This document shows, in pieces, positions 52,773-61,934 of a stretch of 64,000 nucleotides of DNA. The DNA lies in contig JANMDX010000017.1 of NCBI GenBank assembly GCA_031376505.1, positions 49,172 to 113,171 on the forward strand, given 5' to 3'. Position numbers and translations under genes: made by a program. Within the stretch, counting starts at the first letter, position 1. Every line of letters starts with the position of its first letter. The DNA is from Acidobacteriota bacterium. Its GTDB lineage: Bacteria; Acidobacteriota; Vicinamibacteria; Vicinamibacterales; UBA2999. A model generated the notes under the pieces. That model saw only the letters and a list, made by a program, of their open reading frames with translations. It was not told the origin of the DNA and did no database searches.

Positions 52773-54536
52773 CTACTGCAGGACTGGCGAGGTGTCGCCA
52801 GGCAGCAGCAGTTGGCGATGCGCCCAGAGCGGCGCGATGCCGTTGGCCATCACCTGCTCATGGAACTCGCGCAGGTTGAAAGCCGCACCGCGCGCGGCCT
52901 TCACATCGGCGCGCAGCTTCAGCAAAGCCAGCTTCCCCAGGAAGTAGCCGCCGTAGGTGGGGTCGTAGGTGCCGCGCTCGGCCTCCTGCCGCGCGGCTGG
53001 CACCGGCAGATGGGCCCGCGTCTCGAAGAGCGTGGCCGCCTGCTCGACGGTCCACACGCCGGTGTGTTGCTGAATGCCCGAGATCAGCCGGCAGATCCGC
53101 GTGAGCGCCTCGCTCGCCTGCGCCATGCGGTAGCGCGGGTCGGCGGCGCGGAAGCCTTCGTCGAGCATCATCTGCTCGGCGTAGTGGGCCCACCCGTCTT
53201 GCCCGGACGAGGGCTGCGGGAAGGGGTTGAGGCCGATCCAGATGCGGCGGATTTTTCCCGGCGTCTCGCGCATGAACACGCTGTGCACGTAGTGCCCGGG
53301 CATCACTTCGTGCGCGCTCATCACGGTGAGGGTCGGGATGTTGAACTTCTGCAGCCACGCGTCCTGGCGCGCGGCATCCCACCCGGCCTGCGCGTCGGTC
53401 ACATAGAAATAACTCTTCACCGGCGTGAGCTCGAGCGGCGGCGACGAGTGCATCGACGCCAAGCCCAGGTCGAACGGCGGCGCGGCCGCCACGATCACGC
53501 GCTCGCTCGGCGGCAGCGTGACGAGCTGCTTCTCCACCACGAAGGCCTGCAGCTGGTCGACGGCCTGCTGGGCCGCCGGCACGAGTTCGCCCCGCGCCGG
53601 ATGATTGGCAAGCACGTCCTTCCACACCGTCAGCGCCGGACGCTTCGGGTCGGCCTTGGCGGCCGCGGCGACGAACGCGGCCTCCTGCACCACGAGCTCG
53701 CGCTCGCCGATCGCCAGGAGCTGCGCGGCGGACAGGTCGATCAGCTCCTCGGCCCGGTAGCGCGCCTCGAGGTTGTCCTTTCCCACCGCATACGGGGCGT
53801 TGGCCGTGGGCAGGCGTTCCTGCTCGAACCACGCGACGAAGGTGTCGATCTCGCTCGCGGCCGACGACGTGGCGGCCAGCAGTCCGCCTTTGAGCGTGGT
53901 GTCCGTGAGGCCGGCGAAGGCGAGCGGAACATCAGCCGTCAGCATCCCCGATGCGCCACGCAACATGCGCACGCCGCGCTCAGCCATCACCTTCGGCGGC
54001 GCCGTGATGTTCGCGCGAGCAGCGGCCAGGAGCGACGGCACGCCGCGCAGCTTCGCGATGATCCGCCGCGCGCGCACGTCGGCGGGCGACGACTCCATCG
54101 TCATCAGGTTGTGCACGCCGTCGGACATGGCCGCGGCGTAGAGCATCAGGTTCTTTTGCCAGTTGCGGTTCGCCTCGAGCTCGAGCAGCCAGCCGTCGAT
54201 GAGGCCAGCCGCAATCCGGTGATCCACGCGTTGGTCTGGCGTGAGCGGCTCGACCGGAATCGCGGCCAACCGCGTGCGCAAGCCCTTCCACGCCTCGACC
54301 TCGGCCATGATGGCCAGCGCGCTGAAGTCCTCGAGCCGGTCGTCGTGCAGGTGCAGGCCGTTTCCGGCGGCAATCGACGGATGGCGTTCGGCGAAGTGGG
54401 CCAGGAACGCGTCGACGAACACCTCGAACCGTTCGGGCGCCGGGGCCGGATCGGGGGCCGGCGCGCACGCCGGTAGAGACAACAGCAGCACGACGATCGA
54501 TGATCGGCACACAGCGTATCGGGACATGCCACGCAT
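52773..54536 (-). CDS. DUF885 family protein (lipoprotein)
   Basis: Lipobox LLSLPACA. The DUF885 pattern includes the metallopeptidase-like HEVMPGHYVH. Confidence 0.85.
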   Translation of the reverse strand: MRGMSRYAVCRSSIVVLLLSLPACAPAPDPAPAPERFEVFVDAFLAHFAERHPSIAAGNGLHLHDDRLEDFSALAIMAEVEAWKGLRTRLAAIPVEPLTPDQRVDHRIAAGLIDGWLLELEANRNWQKNLMLYAAAMSDGVHNLMTMESSPADVRARRIIAKLRGVPSLLAAARANITAPPKVMAERGVRMLRGASGMLTADVPLAFAGLTDTTLKGGLLAATSSAASEIDTFVAWFEQERLPTANAPYAVGKDNLEARYRAEELIDLSAAQLLAIGERELVVQEAAFVAAAAKADPKRPALTVWKDVLANHPARGELVPAAQQAVDQLQAFVVEKQLVTLPPSERVIVAAAPPFDLGLASMHSSPPLELTPVKSYFYVTDAQAGWDAARQDAWLQKFNIPTLTVMSAHEVMPGHYVHSVFMRETPGKIRRIWIGLNPFPQPSSGQDGWAHYAEQMMLDEGFRAADPRYRMAQASEALTRICRLISGIQQHTGVWTVEQAATLFETRAHLPVPAARQEAERGTYDPTYGGYFLGKLALLKLRADVKAARGAAFNLREFHEQVMANGIAPLWAHRQLLLPGDTSPVLQ

Positions 54537-54610
54537 GGTAGTGCATCAGCGGCCGGGCGTCGGGCCGGGTGCGAGCGGCGGGCCGTCTCGGCGACCGTCC
54601 GGGCCGCCCG

Positions 54611-55327
54611 TCAACCGCGGCGAAATCGTCGGAACGTGGCCACCGCGACGAACCAGTCGCGCGCGCCGATCTTCTTCCCTTCGGCCTTGCTCCGGGGGAA
54701 GTAGCTGATCGGCACTTCGACGATCTGACGGCCCTGCGCCAGCATCTTGGCCGAGATCTCGTGGTCCAGTTCGAAACCGCTCGTCTCGAGCGAGACGGAC
54801 CGAATGGCCTCGTGGCTGAACAGCTTCAGTGCCGTGACCGTGTCGGTGAGGTAACGACCCGTGCACAGCCAGCAGGCCACGCTCAAGCTGCGCCCGCCAA
54901 GGTACGCCGCCCACGACTGTCCGGGATGCCGCCCCGTGCTGAAGACGCCGGCCCCGGGCCGCCGCATGTAGCGGCTGCCGTAGACCACGTCCACGCCGCG
55001 ATCGAGCAGCGCGTCGAGCATGGGCACGTAGTCGTTCGGGTCGTACTCGAGGTCCGCGTCCTGGATGATGACGAAGTCGCCGGTGGCGCGCGCAATCCCG
55101 GCCCGTACGGCCCCGCCCTTTCCGCCGTTCTTCGTGAGGCGCACCAGCGTGACGCCGGGGACGGCCGCGGCGATGTCGGCCGTGCGATCCTTGGAGCAGT
55201 CATCGACCACGATAATCTCGGTGGCGAGCCCGCGCTGCGAGAGATCGACCGCGGCCACGCGCTCTAGCAGGGCGGCAATGAACCGCTCTTCGTTGTAGGC
55301 CGGGATGACGACGCTAAGCGTGGGCAT
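54611..55327 (-). CDS. Glycosyltransferase family 2 (polyprenyl-phosphate sugar synthase-like)
   Basis: LSVVIPAYNEE, VVDDCSKDRT, QDADLEYDP (DxD), and C-terminal EVPISYFPRSKAEGKK typical of the DPM1/GtrB-like branch. Confidence 0.8.
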   Translation of the reverse strand: MPTLSVVIPAYNEERFIAALLERVAAVDLSQRGLATEIIVVDDCSKDRTADIAAAVPGVTLVRLTKNGGKGGAVRAGIARATGDFVIIQDADLEYDPNDYVPMLDALLDRGVDVVYGSRYMRRPGAGVFSTGRHPGQSWAAYLGGRSLSVACWLCTGRYLTDTVTALKLFSHEAIRSVSLETSGFELDHEISAKMLAQGRQIVEVPISYFPRSKAEGKKIGARDWFVAVATFRRFRRG

Positions 55328-56063
55328 GGCGCAGGTGCGACTCCATCAGGGTCAGGTCTTCAGGTGTGTTGACGCCGAGGGCTTCGATGGCGGAGGCGGC
55401 GGCGAACGTCTCGACGCGCGTACGCGCGGCCGCCCACGGCACGAAGGGCAGAAAATTTCGTTCGCGGCTCTCCGCGCCCACCACGGCCGACTCGGGCGCC
55501 GCCAGATAGGCGGGCAACCACTGCAGGCATGCGGTTCGCGACAGGCGGAACAACCCGATGTCCGACTCGCCCACGGCGGGCATCTCGTCGCCCTCGCGTC
55601 GCTGTAGCACGCGTGCGATGCGGCCGCCCGCATCGCGCGCGTAGTGCACATAGGGCGGCGCCGTCGTCATCGTGGGCATCACGACGTCCGTGCCAGCGTC
55701 GTGCGCGACGAGGCGGGTCACGGTCGCCGCGGTCACGCCGATCTGGTCGCACCACGTCACCACGACCTGATCGGCGTGGCCTGCCGCCACGGGCGGCAGA
55801 CCGCACACGACGGCGTCGAGCATGCCGGTCGGCGTCTCCTGCACCACGATCTCTGCGGGCAGCGCCCAATGGCGGCTGTGCGCCTCGAACCGCTCGCGGT
55901 GCTCGGGGTGGACGACGAGCACGACGCCCTCGACCACGTCGCCGTAGAGACCGACGAGGTGATCGATCATCGGTTGCCCGTTGACGGGCACGAGGGCCTT
56001 CGGCAGGTCGGCGCGCAAGCGCGACCCGCGGCCGGCAGCGGGCACGAGCAACAGGCGGCGCAT
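55314..56063 (-). CDS. MobA/GlmU-like NTP-transferase (nucleotidyltransferase)
   Basis: LLVPAAGRGSRLRADLPKALVPVNGQPMIDHLV is the signature N terminus of sugar-phosphate / MobA-like nucleotidyltransferases. 14-nt overlap with the downstream GT2. Confidence 0.75.
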   Translation of the reverse strand: MRRLLLVPAAGRGSRLRADLPKALVPVNGQPMIDHLVGLYGDVVEGVVLVVHPEHRERFEAHSRHWALPAEIVVQETPTGMLDAVVCGLPPVAAGHADQVVVTWCDQIGVTAATVTRLVAHDAGTDVVMPTMTTAPPYVHYARDAGGRIARVLQRREGDEMPAVGESDIGLFRLSRTACLQWLPAYLAAPESAVVGAESRERNFLPFVPWAAARTRVETFAAASAIEALGVNTPEDLTLMESHLRHAHA

Positions 56064-56064
56064 G

Positions 56065-58056
56065 CTAGCGTCCGGTCACCAGGCGAGCCAGCCAGCGCAG
56101 ACCCTCGCCCACCGTGGTGCGTTGCTCGATCTCGGTCGAGATCGGGAAGAACTGGACGGGCGTCTCGATGAGATCGGCCTTGGCCGCGAGCAGGCGGTTC
56201 AACACGCGGTGGTTGAAGCCGGAATCGGCCGGGTCGCCGCCGGCGCCGAGCACGAACGAGGTGCGCACGGCGCGAATGCCCGACAACGTGTCCGACACGT
56301 AGCGGCCGAACCGGAGGAGATACGCGAGGCTCAGCAGATGACTGCCCAGGTAGCTCACCTGCCCGAGCACCGGATGGTTGCGGTAGCGCTCGCGGTACGA
56401 CGCGCGGATGTCCTTCACCGACAGGCGGCGGCTGCCCCACACCGCGTCGAGCCGGCGGTTCGTGAGCAGCGACGCGATGTTCACGATGTCCTCGCCCCGG
56501 TACATCCCCGACGAGTCGCACAGCAGGACGTAGTCGCTGCCAAGGGCCTCGGTCGCCTGGCGGAAGCTCGCAGCCGGAGAGGTGCCGGGCGCGGCGACGT
56601 TCATCACGTCGCACGGCATGAGCTTGCAGAAGTCCGCATCGAGCTGTTCCTTGCTGTGGTAGAGCACGGTGATGGCCGGCTCGAGCTGGTCGAGTCCCGC
56701 CCGCACGGCCTCGAGCAGCGTCTGGCACACCTTGTCGACCGACCCGGTCGCCAGCAGCCACACGACCACGCGCTGGCGCTCGGGCCGCGCCACGAGGCTC
56801 TCGACAAACGGGCCGAGCACCTTGTTTGCGTCGTGCCGGCCCGTGCTGCCGTCCTCGTAGTTGGCGACGCGCACCAGGCGGGGATCCTCGAGCGCCTCGA
56901 GCCGGCCGAGCGGCACGTAGGGGCGATCGACATCGGCGCTGCGGCTGTCGTTGAGCAGGTAATGGGAAATGAGTCGCGGTGTGCGGATAGCCAGGCGCCC
57001 GCGGTCCTTCAGGTAGTGCACGGCGCGCTCGATGATCTCGACGGCACTCGCATCAGCCGTGTCGGCGTCTTCGTGCAGGTTGGTCACGAGCAGCTTGATC
57101 GCGCGCAGGTTCGACGCAATGGCCGTGCCCAGCCCGGGCGTGAGGTATGACGGCAACAGCGACGAGTGCTGCGTGCCCGGGGCATAAATGATGAGATCGG
57201 CGTCGCGAATGAGTTCAAGCACGCGCGGGTTGAGGGCCGGCATGACGGCGCGGTCGCGCAGGAACGCCTCGATGCGATCGAGCGGTGCCTCGGCAAGGGC
57301 GGCGCGTTCCTCGGCCGTCACTTCCCGGTCGAGGAGCGCGATGTCCCGAATCTTGTGGCGGTGGCCTGCCGCCACGATGTCGGCTTCGCTGGCCAGCAGG
57401 TGGTAGGCGTCGTCGACCGCCACGAGGAACGCGTTGGTGCCATCCGTGACGTTCTGCACCATCTCGGGCGGGACGCCGAGCAGCGCGCAGTAATCGGCGA
57501 CGCCGTCGTTGAAGTGCCGCCCCGCGTGCAGAAAGCTCCCCGCGAAGACCAGGTTGCCGAGGGCGCAGTCGGCAAACGGCAGCGATCGGCCCGAGCTCGT
57601 CTCTTCGTCGAGAAAGTGCCGTAGCCGCGTCGAGACCGCGCCGCGCGACGCCGGAGCCACGCGGGTCCACTCGTCGAGCCACTCCTGCTGCCAGGGCGCT
57701 GCCGCAGCCATGCCGCCCGTGGCAAGCAGCGCGATGAACGCCCGCCCCTCGTCGTTCCCGATGCCGGCGGGCAGGCGGCGATCGAGCAGGTGCACCAGCG
57801 GCGCGGGCGCCGACGACAGCGCGTGTGCCAGATTCGACGCGTTCTTTCGAAAATCCGATGGCCCCAGGCAATCGCCGAGCAGACGCCGAACGTCGCCCGT
57901 CGACGCGCCGTCGTCGTAGCCGTTGATGACCAGAGCGAGCCGCACGCGGTCGTTGGCAACCAGTTGGCGCGACAATGCGCCCGACCCCCGTCCGCCCGAG
58001 AACAAGACGACGTGGACGTGGTCGCGGGGCTCACCGGACGGTGCAGGGGGACGCAT
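56065..58056 (-). CDS. Fusion protein: CofD/YvcK (UPF0052)-like N-terminal domain plus GT2-like C-terminal domain
   Basis: 663 aa. The N terminus VVLFSGGRGSGALSRQL...LALVINGYDDGASTGDVRRLLG...GPSDFRKN...LIIYAPGTQHSSLLPSYL follows the CofD-family pattern. The last roughly 230 aa (VVVWLLATG...YVLLCDSSGMY...ETPVQFFPIS) look like a divergent GT2 fold. Confidence 0.6.
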   Translation of the reverse strand: MRPPAPSGEPRDHVHVVLFSGGRGSGALSRQLVANDRVRLALVINGYDDGASTGDVRRLLGDCLGPSDFRKNASNLAHALSSAPAPLVHLLDRRLPAGIGNDEGRAFIALLATGGMAAAAPWQQEWLDEWTRVAPASRGAVSTRLRHFLDEETSSGRSLPFADCALGNLVFAGSFLHAGRHFNDGVADYCALLGVPPEMVQNVTDGTNAFLVAVDDAYHLLASEADIVAAGHRHKIRDIALLDREVTAEERAALAEAPLDRIEAFLRDRAVMPALNPRVLELIRDADLIIYAPGTQHSSLLPSYLTPGLGTAIASNLRAIKLLVTNLHEDADTADASAVEIIERAVHYLKDRGRLAIRTPRLISHYLLNDSRSADVDRPYVPLGRLEALEDPRLVRVANYEDGSTGRHDANKVLGPFVESLVARPERQRVVVWLLATGSVDKVCQTLLEAVRAGLDQLEPAITVLYHSKEQLDADFCKLMPCDVMNVAAPGTSPAASFRQATEALGSDYVLLCDSSGMYRGEDIVNIASLLTNRRLDAVWGSRRLSVKDIRASYRERYRNHPVLGQVSYLGSHLLSLAYLLRFGRYVSDTLSGIRAVRTSFVLGAGGDPADSGFNHRVLNRLLAAKADLIETPVQFFPISTEIEQRTTVGEGLRWLARLVTGR

Positions 58057-58074
58057 ATGTGAACGGAGCGGCCG

Positions 58075-59382
58075 CTACGCGCGTGCCTGCCAGCTCGGCG
58101 CACGATACGTGGCGAACCACTGCTGTCTATGATGCGCGAGGAAGATCGCCGTCAGCAACAACGGCAGGCTCTTGACGCAGGCCAGCAAAGTAGGGAGCGC
58201 AACGCCGTCGGCGGGCACGAACGTGCGAATCACGTTGATGACTACGATGTTCTGCACCACGCAGGCACCCAAGGCCGCACAGAGCAGCAGCCGCGCCTGC
58301 GGCGACAACTGCCCCCGCACGGCCAGCAGGTAGGTCCACAGCGGCAGCAGCAGCGCGAGATAGTGTTCCCACACCACCTGCGACAGCAGCAGGGCGCCGG
58401 TGATGGCCAGCAGCATGTGGCAATGACGTCGCGCGGCCGCCGGCGCATCGAGCGTACGGGCCTGCCACGCGGTGTACCCCACGAGGCCCGCCACGACCAG
58501 CTTCGCCAGCAGCACGCCGGCGTTCACCGGCGCGACCCAGGCCGGCCCGGCCGCCTTCAGGCTCTCGCCGACGACGTAGAGCGAGCTGTTGAACGGCCAG
58601 CCAAAGCCGCCCTGGGCGCCCCGGCGTACCACATCGAGGAACTCCAGGTGCAGCGGAATGCCGATCCAGGCTACCGCCCCAAGCGCCGTGGCGCCGCCCA
58701 CGACGGCCAGGGCCACAGGCACGCGCCACGTCGATGGCACGAGCAGCCACGCTGGCACGAGGGCAAAGGCCGGCTTCACGAGACAGGCGACGACCGTCGT
58801 CGCCGCCATCGCCCAGACGCGGCCGCGCACATGGGCGCGCAGCGCCAGCGTGAACAGCAGGAGCACGAACGGCGTCGTCTGCCCGCCTACGCGGTAGATG
58901 GCCCAGATCGGCTGGAACACGAGCACGCCCGCGGCCACACCGAGGGTGAACCGGTCGCGGGCCGCAGAATCAGGACCCGCGTGAGGACGATGTTCGAGCA
59001 CGAGGAGCCAGAGCGCGACCATCCACGCCACCGTTCCACATAGCTTGAAAAGGGCAAGCGCAACCAGGGGAGGCAGCAGCGCCAGGGGCACGTAGAAGTA
59101 CGCCGACAGCGGGGGGCTCCAATACGCCATGCTCCCCTGTGGCTGCGCTCCGTCAATCAGGCGATCCGGATGATAGATGTCGGCTAACTGACCCGCAGCG
59201 GCACGTCGGCCGGTGTCGTAGAAGTTGGCGAAATCCCAGCCAGGCCCGGCGGGCACCAGCACTCCCACCGCGGCCAGAACGACAATCAGGAACGTGATCC
59301 ACCGAAGGGCCGGTCCGCCAGCGGGCAGCATGGCGCCGGCCGGTGCGGAGAGCGAAGGTGCTGTGGTGGCAGGACCGGACAT
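58075..59382 (-). CDS. Polytopic GT-C type glycosyltransferase (DUF2029 / GT87-like)
   Basis: 435 aa, about 10 or more TM segments. The first periplasmic-loop motif WDFANFYDTGRRAAAGQLADIY resembles the D..Y...A.....G...Y loop of polyprenyl-phosphate-sugar-dependent GT87 enzymes. Confidence 0.55.
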   Translation of the reverse strand: MSGPATTAPSLSAPAGAMLPAGGPALRWITFLIVVLAAVGVLVPAGPGWDFANFYDTGRRAAAGQLADIYHPDRLIDGAQPQGSMAYWSPPLSAYFYVPLALLPPLVALALFKLCGTVAWMVALWLLVLEHRPHAGPDSAARDRFTLGVAAGVLVFQPIWAIYRVGGQTTPFVLLLFTLALRAHVRGRVWAMAATTVVACLVKPAFALVPAWLLVPSTWRVPVALAVVGGATALGAVAWIGIPLHLEFLDVVRRGAQGGFGWPFNSSLYVVGESLKAAGPAWVAPVNAGVLLAKLVVAGLVGYTAWQARTLDAPAAARRHCHMLLAITGALLLSQVVWEHYLALLLPLWTYLLAVRGQLSPQARLLLCAALGACVVQNIVVINVIRTFVPADGVALPTLLACVKSLPLLLTAIFLAHHRQQWFATYRAPSWQARA

Positions 59383-59467
59383 GGGGCTACCCCGTCACGC
59401 GAGGCATGCCCATTATCGGCAGATTCTGCGGAAGTGATTAGCGCGCCGAGTCTGGTACGGCGCTCTT

Positions 59468-61015
59468 CTAGAACATCGACGACTTGAGCCGGGCCGACAC
59501 TTTCGCCAGTCCCTTCACCGACGGCGTGCGGTTGGGCGTGCGCAGCAGTGACTGCTCGAACGCCGCCGCGGCGTCCTTGTCGCGGCCTGCGTCAGCCAGT
59601 AACTCGGCGTACAGCTCAAACGCCGGCTTGATCGGATCTGGCGGACCCGACGGCGCCTCCATCGTCAGTTCCACATCCGCGGCGCCCTTGGCCAGCGCGA
59701 GCGCTTCTTCTTTCTGTCCCTTGGCCCAGCGGATGATCGCGCCAAGTTCCTTCTCGCGGACGGCGTGCGGACGCACCGCATAGGCGTTCGGGCCGCCTTG
59801 CGCGCGTTCGCGAATGGCCTTGAGCTGCGCCTCGGCGGCGTCGGCCGTGGCCAGGTCGCCGAGCTTCGCGGCGCTGACCCCCACGATGTAGATCCAGGTC
59901 GCCGAGCCCTGTGACGGGCCCATGTTCATACCCGGCATGGCGGCGTGGTCGCCGGCGGCGGCGGGCACGGCCGCGGCAGGAAGCTCGAGCTTCTCCCACT
60001 GTCCCGCCTCCTGGATGTGACGCGCGCGCATCCCCAGGTAGCCGTCCTTGATGCCGGCGTTCATCGGATTGCGGTCGGCCGCCTGCCTGGCGAGCTCCAC
60101 CGTCTTTTTCGACTCGGCGAAATCCCCGAGCATCTGATGCGCGTAGCCGAGCCAGCCGAGCGTGTGGAAGTCCTCGCGGCCTTCGGCCAGCTTCATCTTC
60201 GCATTCAGATCGATCGCCGCCTTGTAGGCCACGATGTTCGACTGCTTCACCTGCTCCCACATCCCACGCTGCACATAGATGTGCGACGGCATATGGAGCG
60301 CGTGCGCGGCCGACGGCGCGATCTTCGCGTAGGCGTTGGCGGCTTCGAGCGCCAGCGGCGCGTGGTCGGGGTCGTCGAACGAGTGAATGATGAAGTGTGC
60401 CGCGCCGGGATGGTTCGGGTTGGCCTTGAAGATCTTCTCTGCAATCGACGCCGCGAGCGCCTGCCGGCGGTACCCCGCATCGCCGGGGCGCACGCTGCCG
60501 AGGAGCGACAGGGCGTAGAGCGTGCCCACTTCGTTGTCGTCGGGATACTGCTCGTACATCCTCGCCATCGCGGCGGCGTAAGCGAGGTCGCGAGCCAGCT
60601 TGTCGCCCGGCGCGAAGTAGAGCACCTGCTGGGCCTCGAGAAATGCTTTCTCCTTCGGCAGCTTTGCCTTGGCCAGCCGCGCCTCGTGGGTCGGCGCAAG
60701 GCGGTCGAGCGCCTCTTTCGCCTTCGCGATGTCCTGCTGCGCCCACAGCGGATGGTTGTGGCTCATGGCCTCGCCCCAGTAGGCCATCGCAAACTGCGGG
60801 TCAGCCGCCTCAGCCTGCTTGAAGGCCACGGCCGCTTCATCGAACTGGAAGTTGTGGAGGGCCTTGACGCCAGTGAGGAACGCGTCCTGCGCCGCCGCGG
60901 CCCCCGAAGTGGGAAAGCTGATCGACCCGAACTGCTGGGTAGTCGGCCGTGCCGACAAGCAGAGCAGCGCCACCGCTCCAACCACAAACGCCGAGGTCGA
61001 ACGCACACGAACCAT
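59468..61015 (-). CDS. Secreted tetratricopeptide-repeat protein
   Basis: Signal peptide present. Repeated A..Y/W...G helical pairs (FKQAEAADPQFAMAYWGEAMS, and others). Confidence 0.65.
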   Translation of the reverse strand: MVRVRSTSAFVVGAVALLCLSARPTTQQFGSISFPTSGAAAAQDAFLTGVKALHNFQFDEAAVAFKQAEAADPQFAMAYWGEAMSHNHPLWAQQDIAKAKEALDRLAPTHEARLAKAKLPKEKAFLEAQQVLYFAPGDKLARDLAYAAAMARMYEQYPDDNEVGTLYALSLLGSVRPGDAGYRRQALAASIAEKIFKANPNHPGAAHFIIHSFDDPDHAPLALEAANAYAKIAPSAAHALHMPSHIYVQRGMWEQVKQSNIVAYKAAIDLNAKMKLAEGREDFHTLGWLGYAHQMLGDFAESKKTVELARQAADRNPMNAGIKDGYLGMRARHIQEAGQWEKLELPAAAVPAAAGDHAAMPGMNMGPSQGSATWIYIVGVSAAKLGDLATADAAEAQLKAIRERAQGGPNAYAVRPHAVREKELGAIIRWAKGQKEEALALAKGAADVELTMEAPSGPPDPIKPAFELYAELLADAGRDKDAAAAFEQSLLRTPNRTPSVKGLAKVSARLKSSMF

Positions 61016-61076
61016 GATGTCCTCCGGAGTATCAGCGCCGAGATGCCGCGGTACCGCGCAGGCGCCGTCGCCTAGC

Positions 61077-61844
61077 TTACACCCGACCGCGACGGCCCCT
61101 GCCCACGCGCAGTTCCAGCAGCCGGGCCGGGCCTTCAGTGACCACCGCCAGCCGCGACCGGCTCACAAACGCCAGGCCTTCGGGCCGTTCCTTGTCCTCG
61201 AGCGGCAGGTCAAAGGTGGACACGAGCTGCAGGGCGCCGCCCTCCAACCGTAGCACGGCGAGCCGACGGCTGGCCTCCGACAAGACGACCAGCAGGCCGG
61301 TCACGGGATCGACTGCCACGTCGGCGAGGTCGTCGAGCGCGTCCTTGGCCGCCCGCGGCAGCTTCAGCTCATGGATCTGCGAGAGATCCGCCAGCGAGAA
61401 CACACACACGCAGCGCGGCTTGTGCTCGTGCACGGCGACGAGCGCGGCGCGGCGGGTGCCCGTGAACCTGGCGGGCAGATAGGCCACGCCCTCGAACCCC
61501 TTGTTGGCGCGCGAGCCCGGCCGCCTCAGGCGCCCGACCCGCCGCACGGCCGGCCGCGCGCCGCGCACCGCCAGTTCCACCAGCACACCGCTCTCTTCAG
61601 AAATCGCCCACACGACAGTGCCCGGCTCGTTGGCGGCAATGCCTTCGAGGTCTCCCAACGCGGGGTGCAGATCGGGTCCGGCCCAGAGGGTGGCCGTGGC
61701 GCCACGGAGCCGGTAGATCCCGAGGTCGTCTTCCACGATCAGGAGCCCGGCACGCGATTTGGCCACGCCGCTGGCGCCCCGCAGTGGCAGGGACCGCACC
61801 GAGGCGAACGCAAAACGCAGCGAATCGGTGGTGGACGGCGGCAT
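61077..61844 (-). CDS. Hypothetical beta-propeller-like protein (YjiK/SdiA-regulated-like impression)
   Basis: 255 aa with repeated (F/L/P)EG(I/V/L)A blades (LEGIAAN, FEGVAYL, PEGLAFV). Weak call. Confidence 0.3.
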   Translation of the reverse strand: MPPSTTDSLRFAFASVRSLPLRGASGVAKSRAGLLIVEDDLGIYRLRGATATLWAGPDLHPALGDLEGIAANEPGTVVWAISEESGVLVELAVRGARPAVRRVGRLRRPGSRANKGFEGVAYLPARFTGTRRAALVAVHEHKPRCVCVFSLADLSQIHELKLPRAAKDALDDLADVAVDPVTGLLVVLSEASRRLAVLRLEGGALQLVSTFDLPLEDKERPEGLAFVSRSRLAVVTEGPARLLELRVGRGRRGRV

Positions 61845-61934
61845 GCGGGGCTGGCGCGACGCCGCGTGGACAGCGGTGGTCCAGGACGTCTTGCTCCTAT
61901 ACTCTACACACTCAATTTCCCTGGGAGCCTATCG

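Noticed and set aside
55314-58056. Ordinary coenzyme F420 biosynthesis (cofC/cofD) as the explanation for the NTP-transferase plus CofD-like pair
   Set aside because: The CofD-like domain is fused to a GT2-like domain and flanked by two glycosyltransferases. No cofE, cofG/H or fbiC is in the window, and the NTP-transferase N terminus looks MobA/GlmU-like rather than CofC-like. A whole-genome check is still needed.
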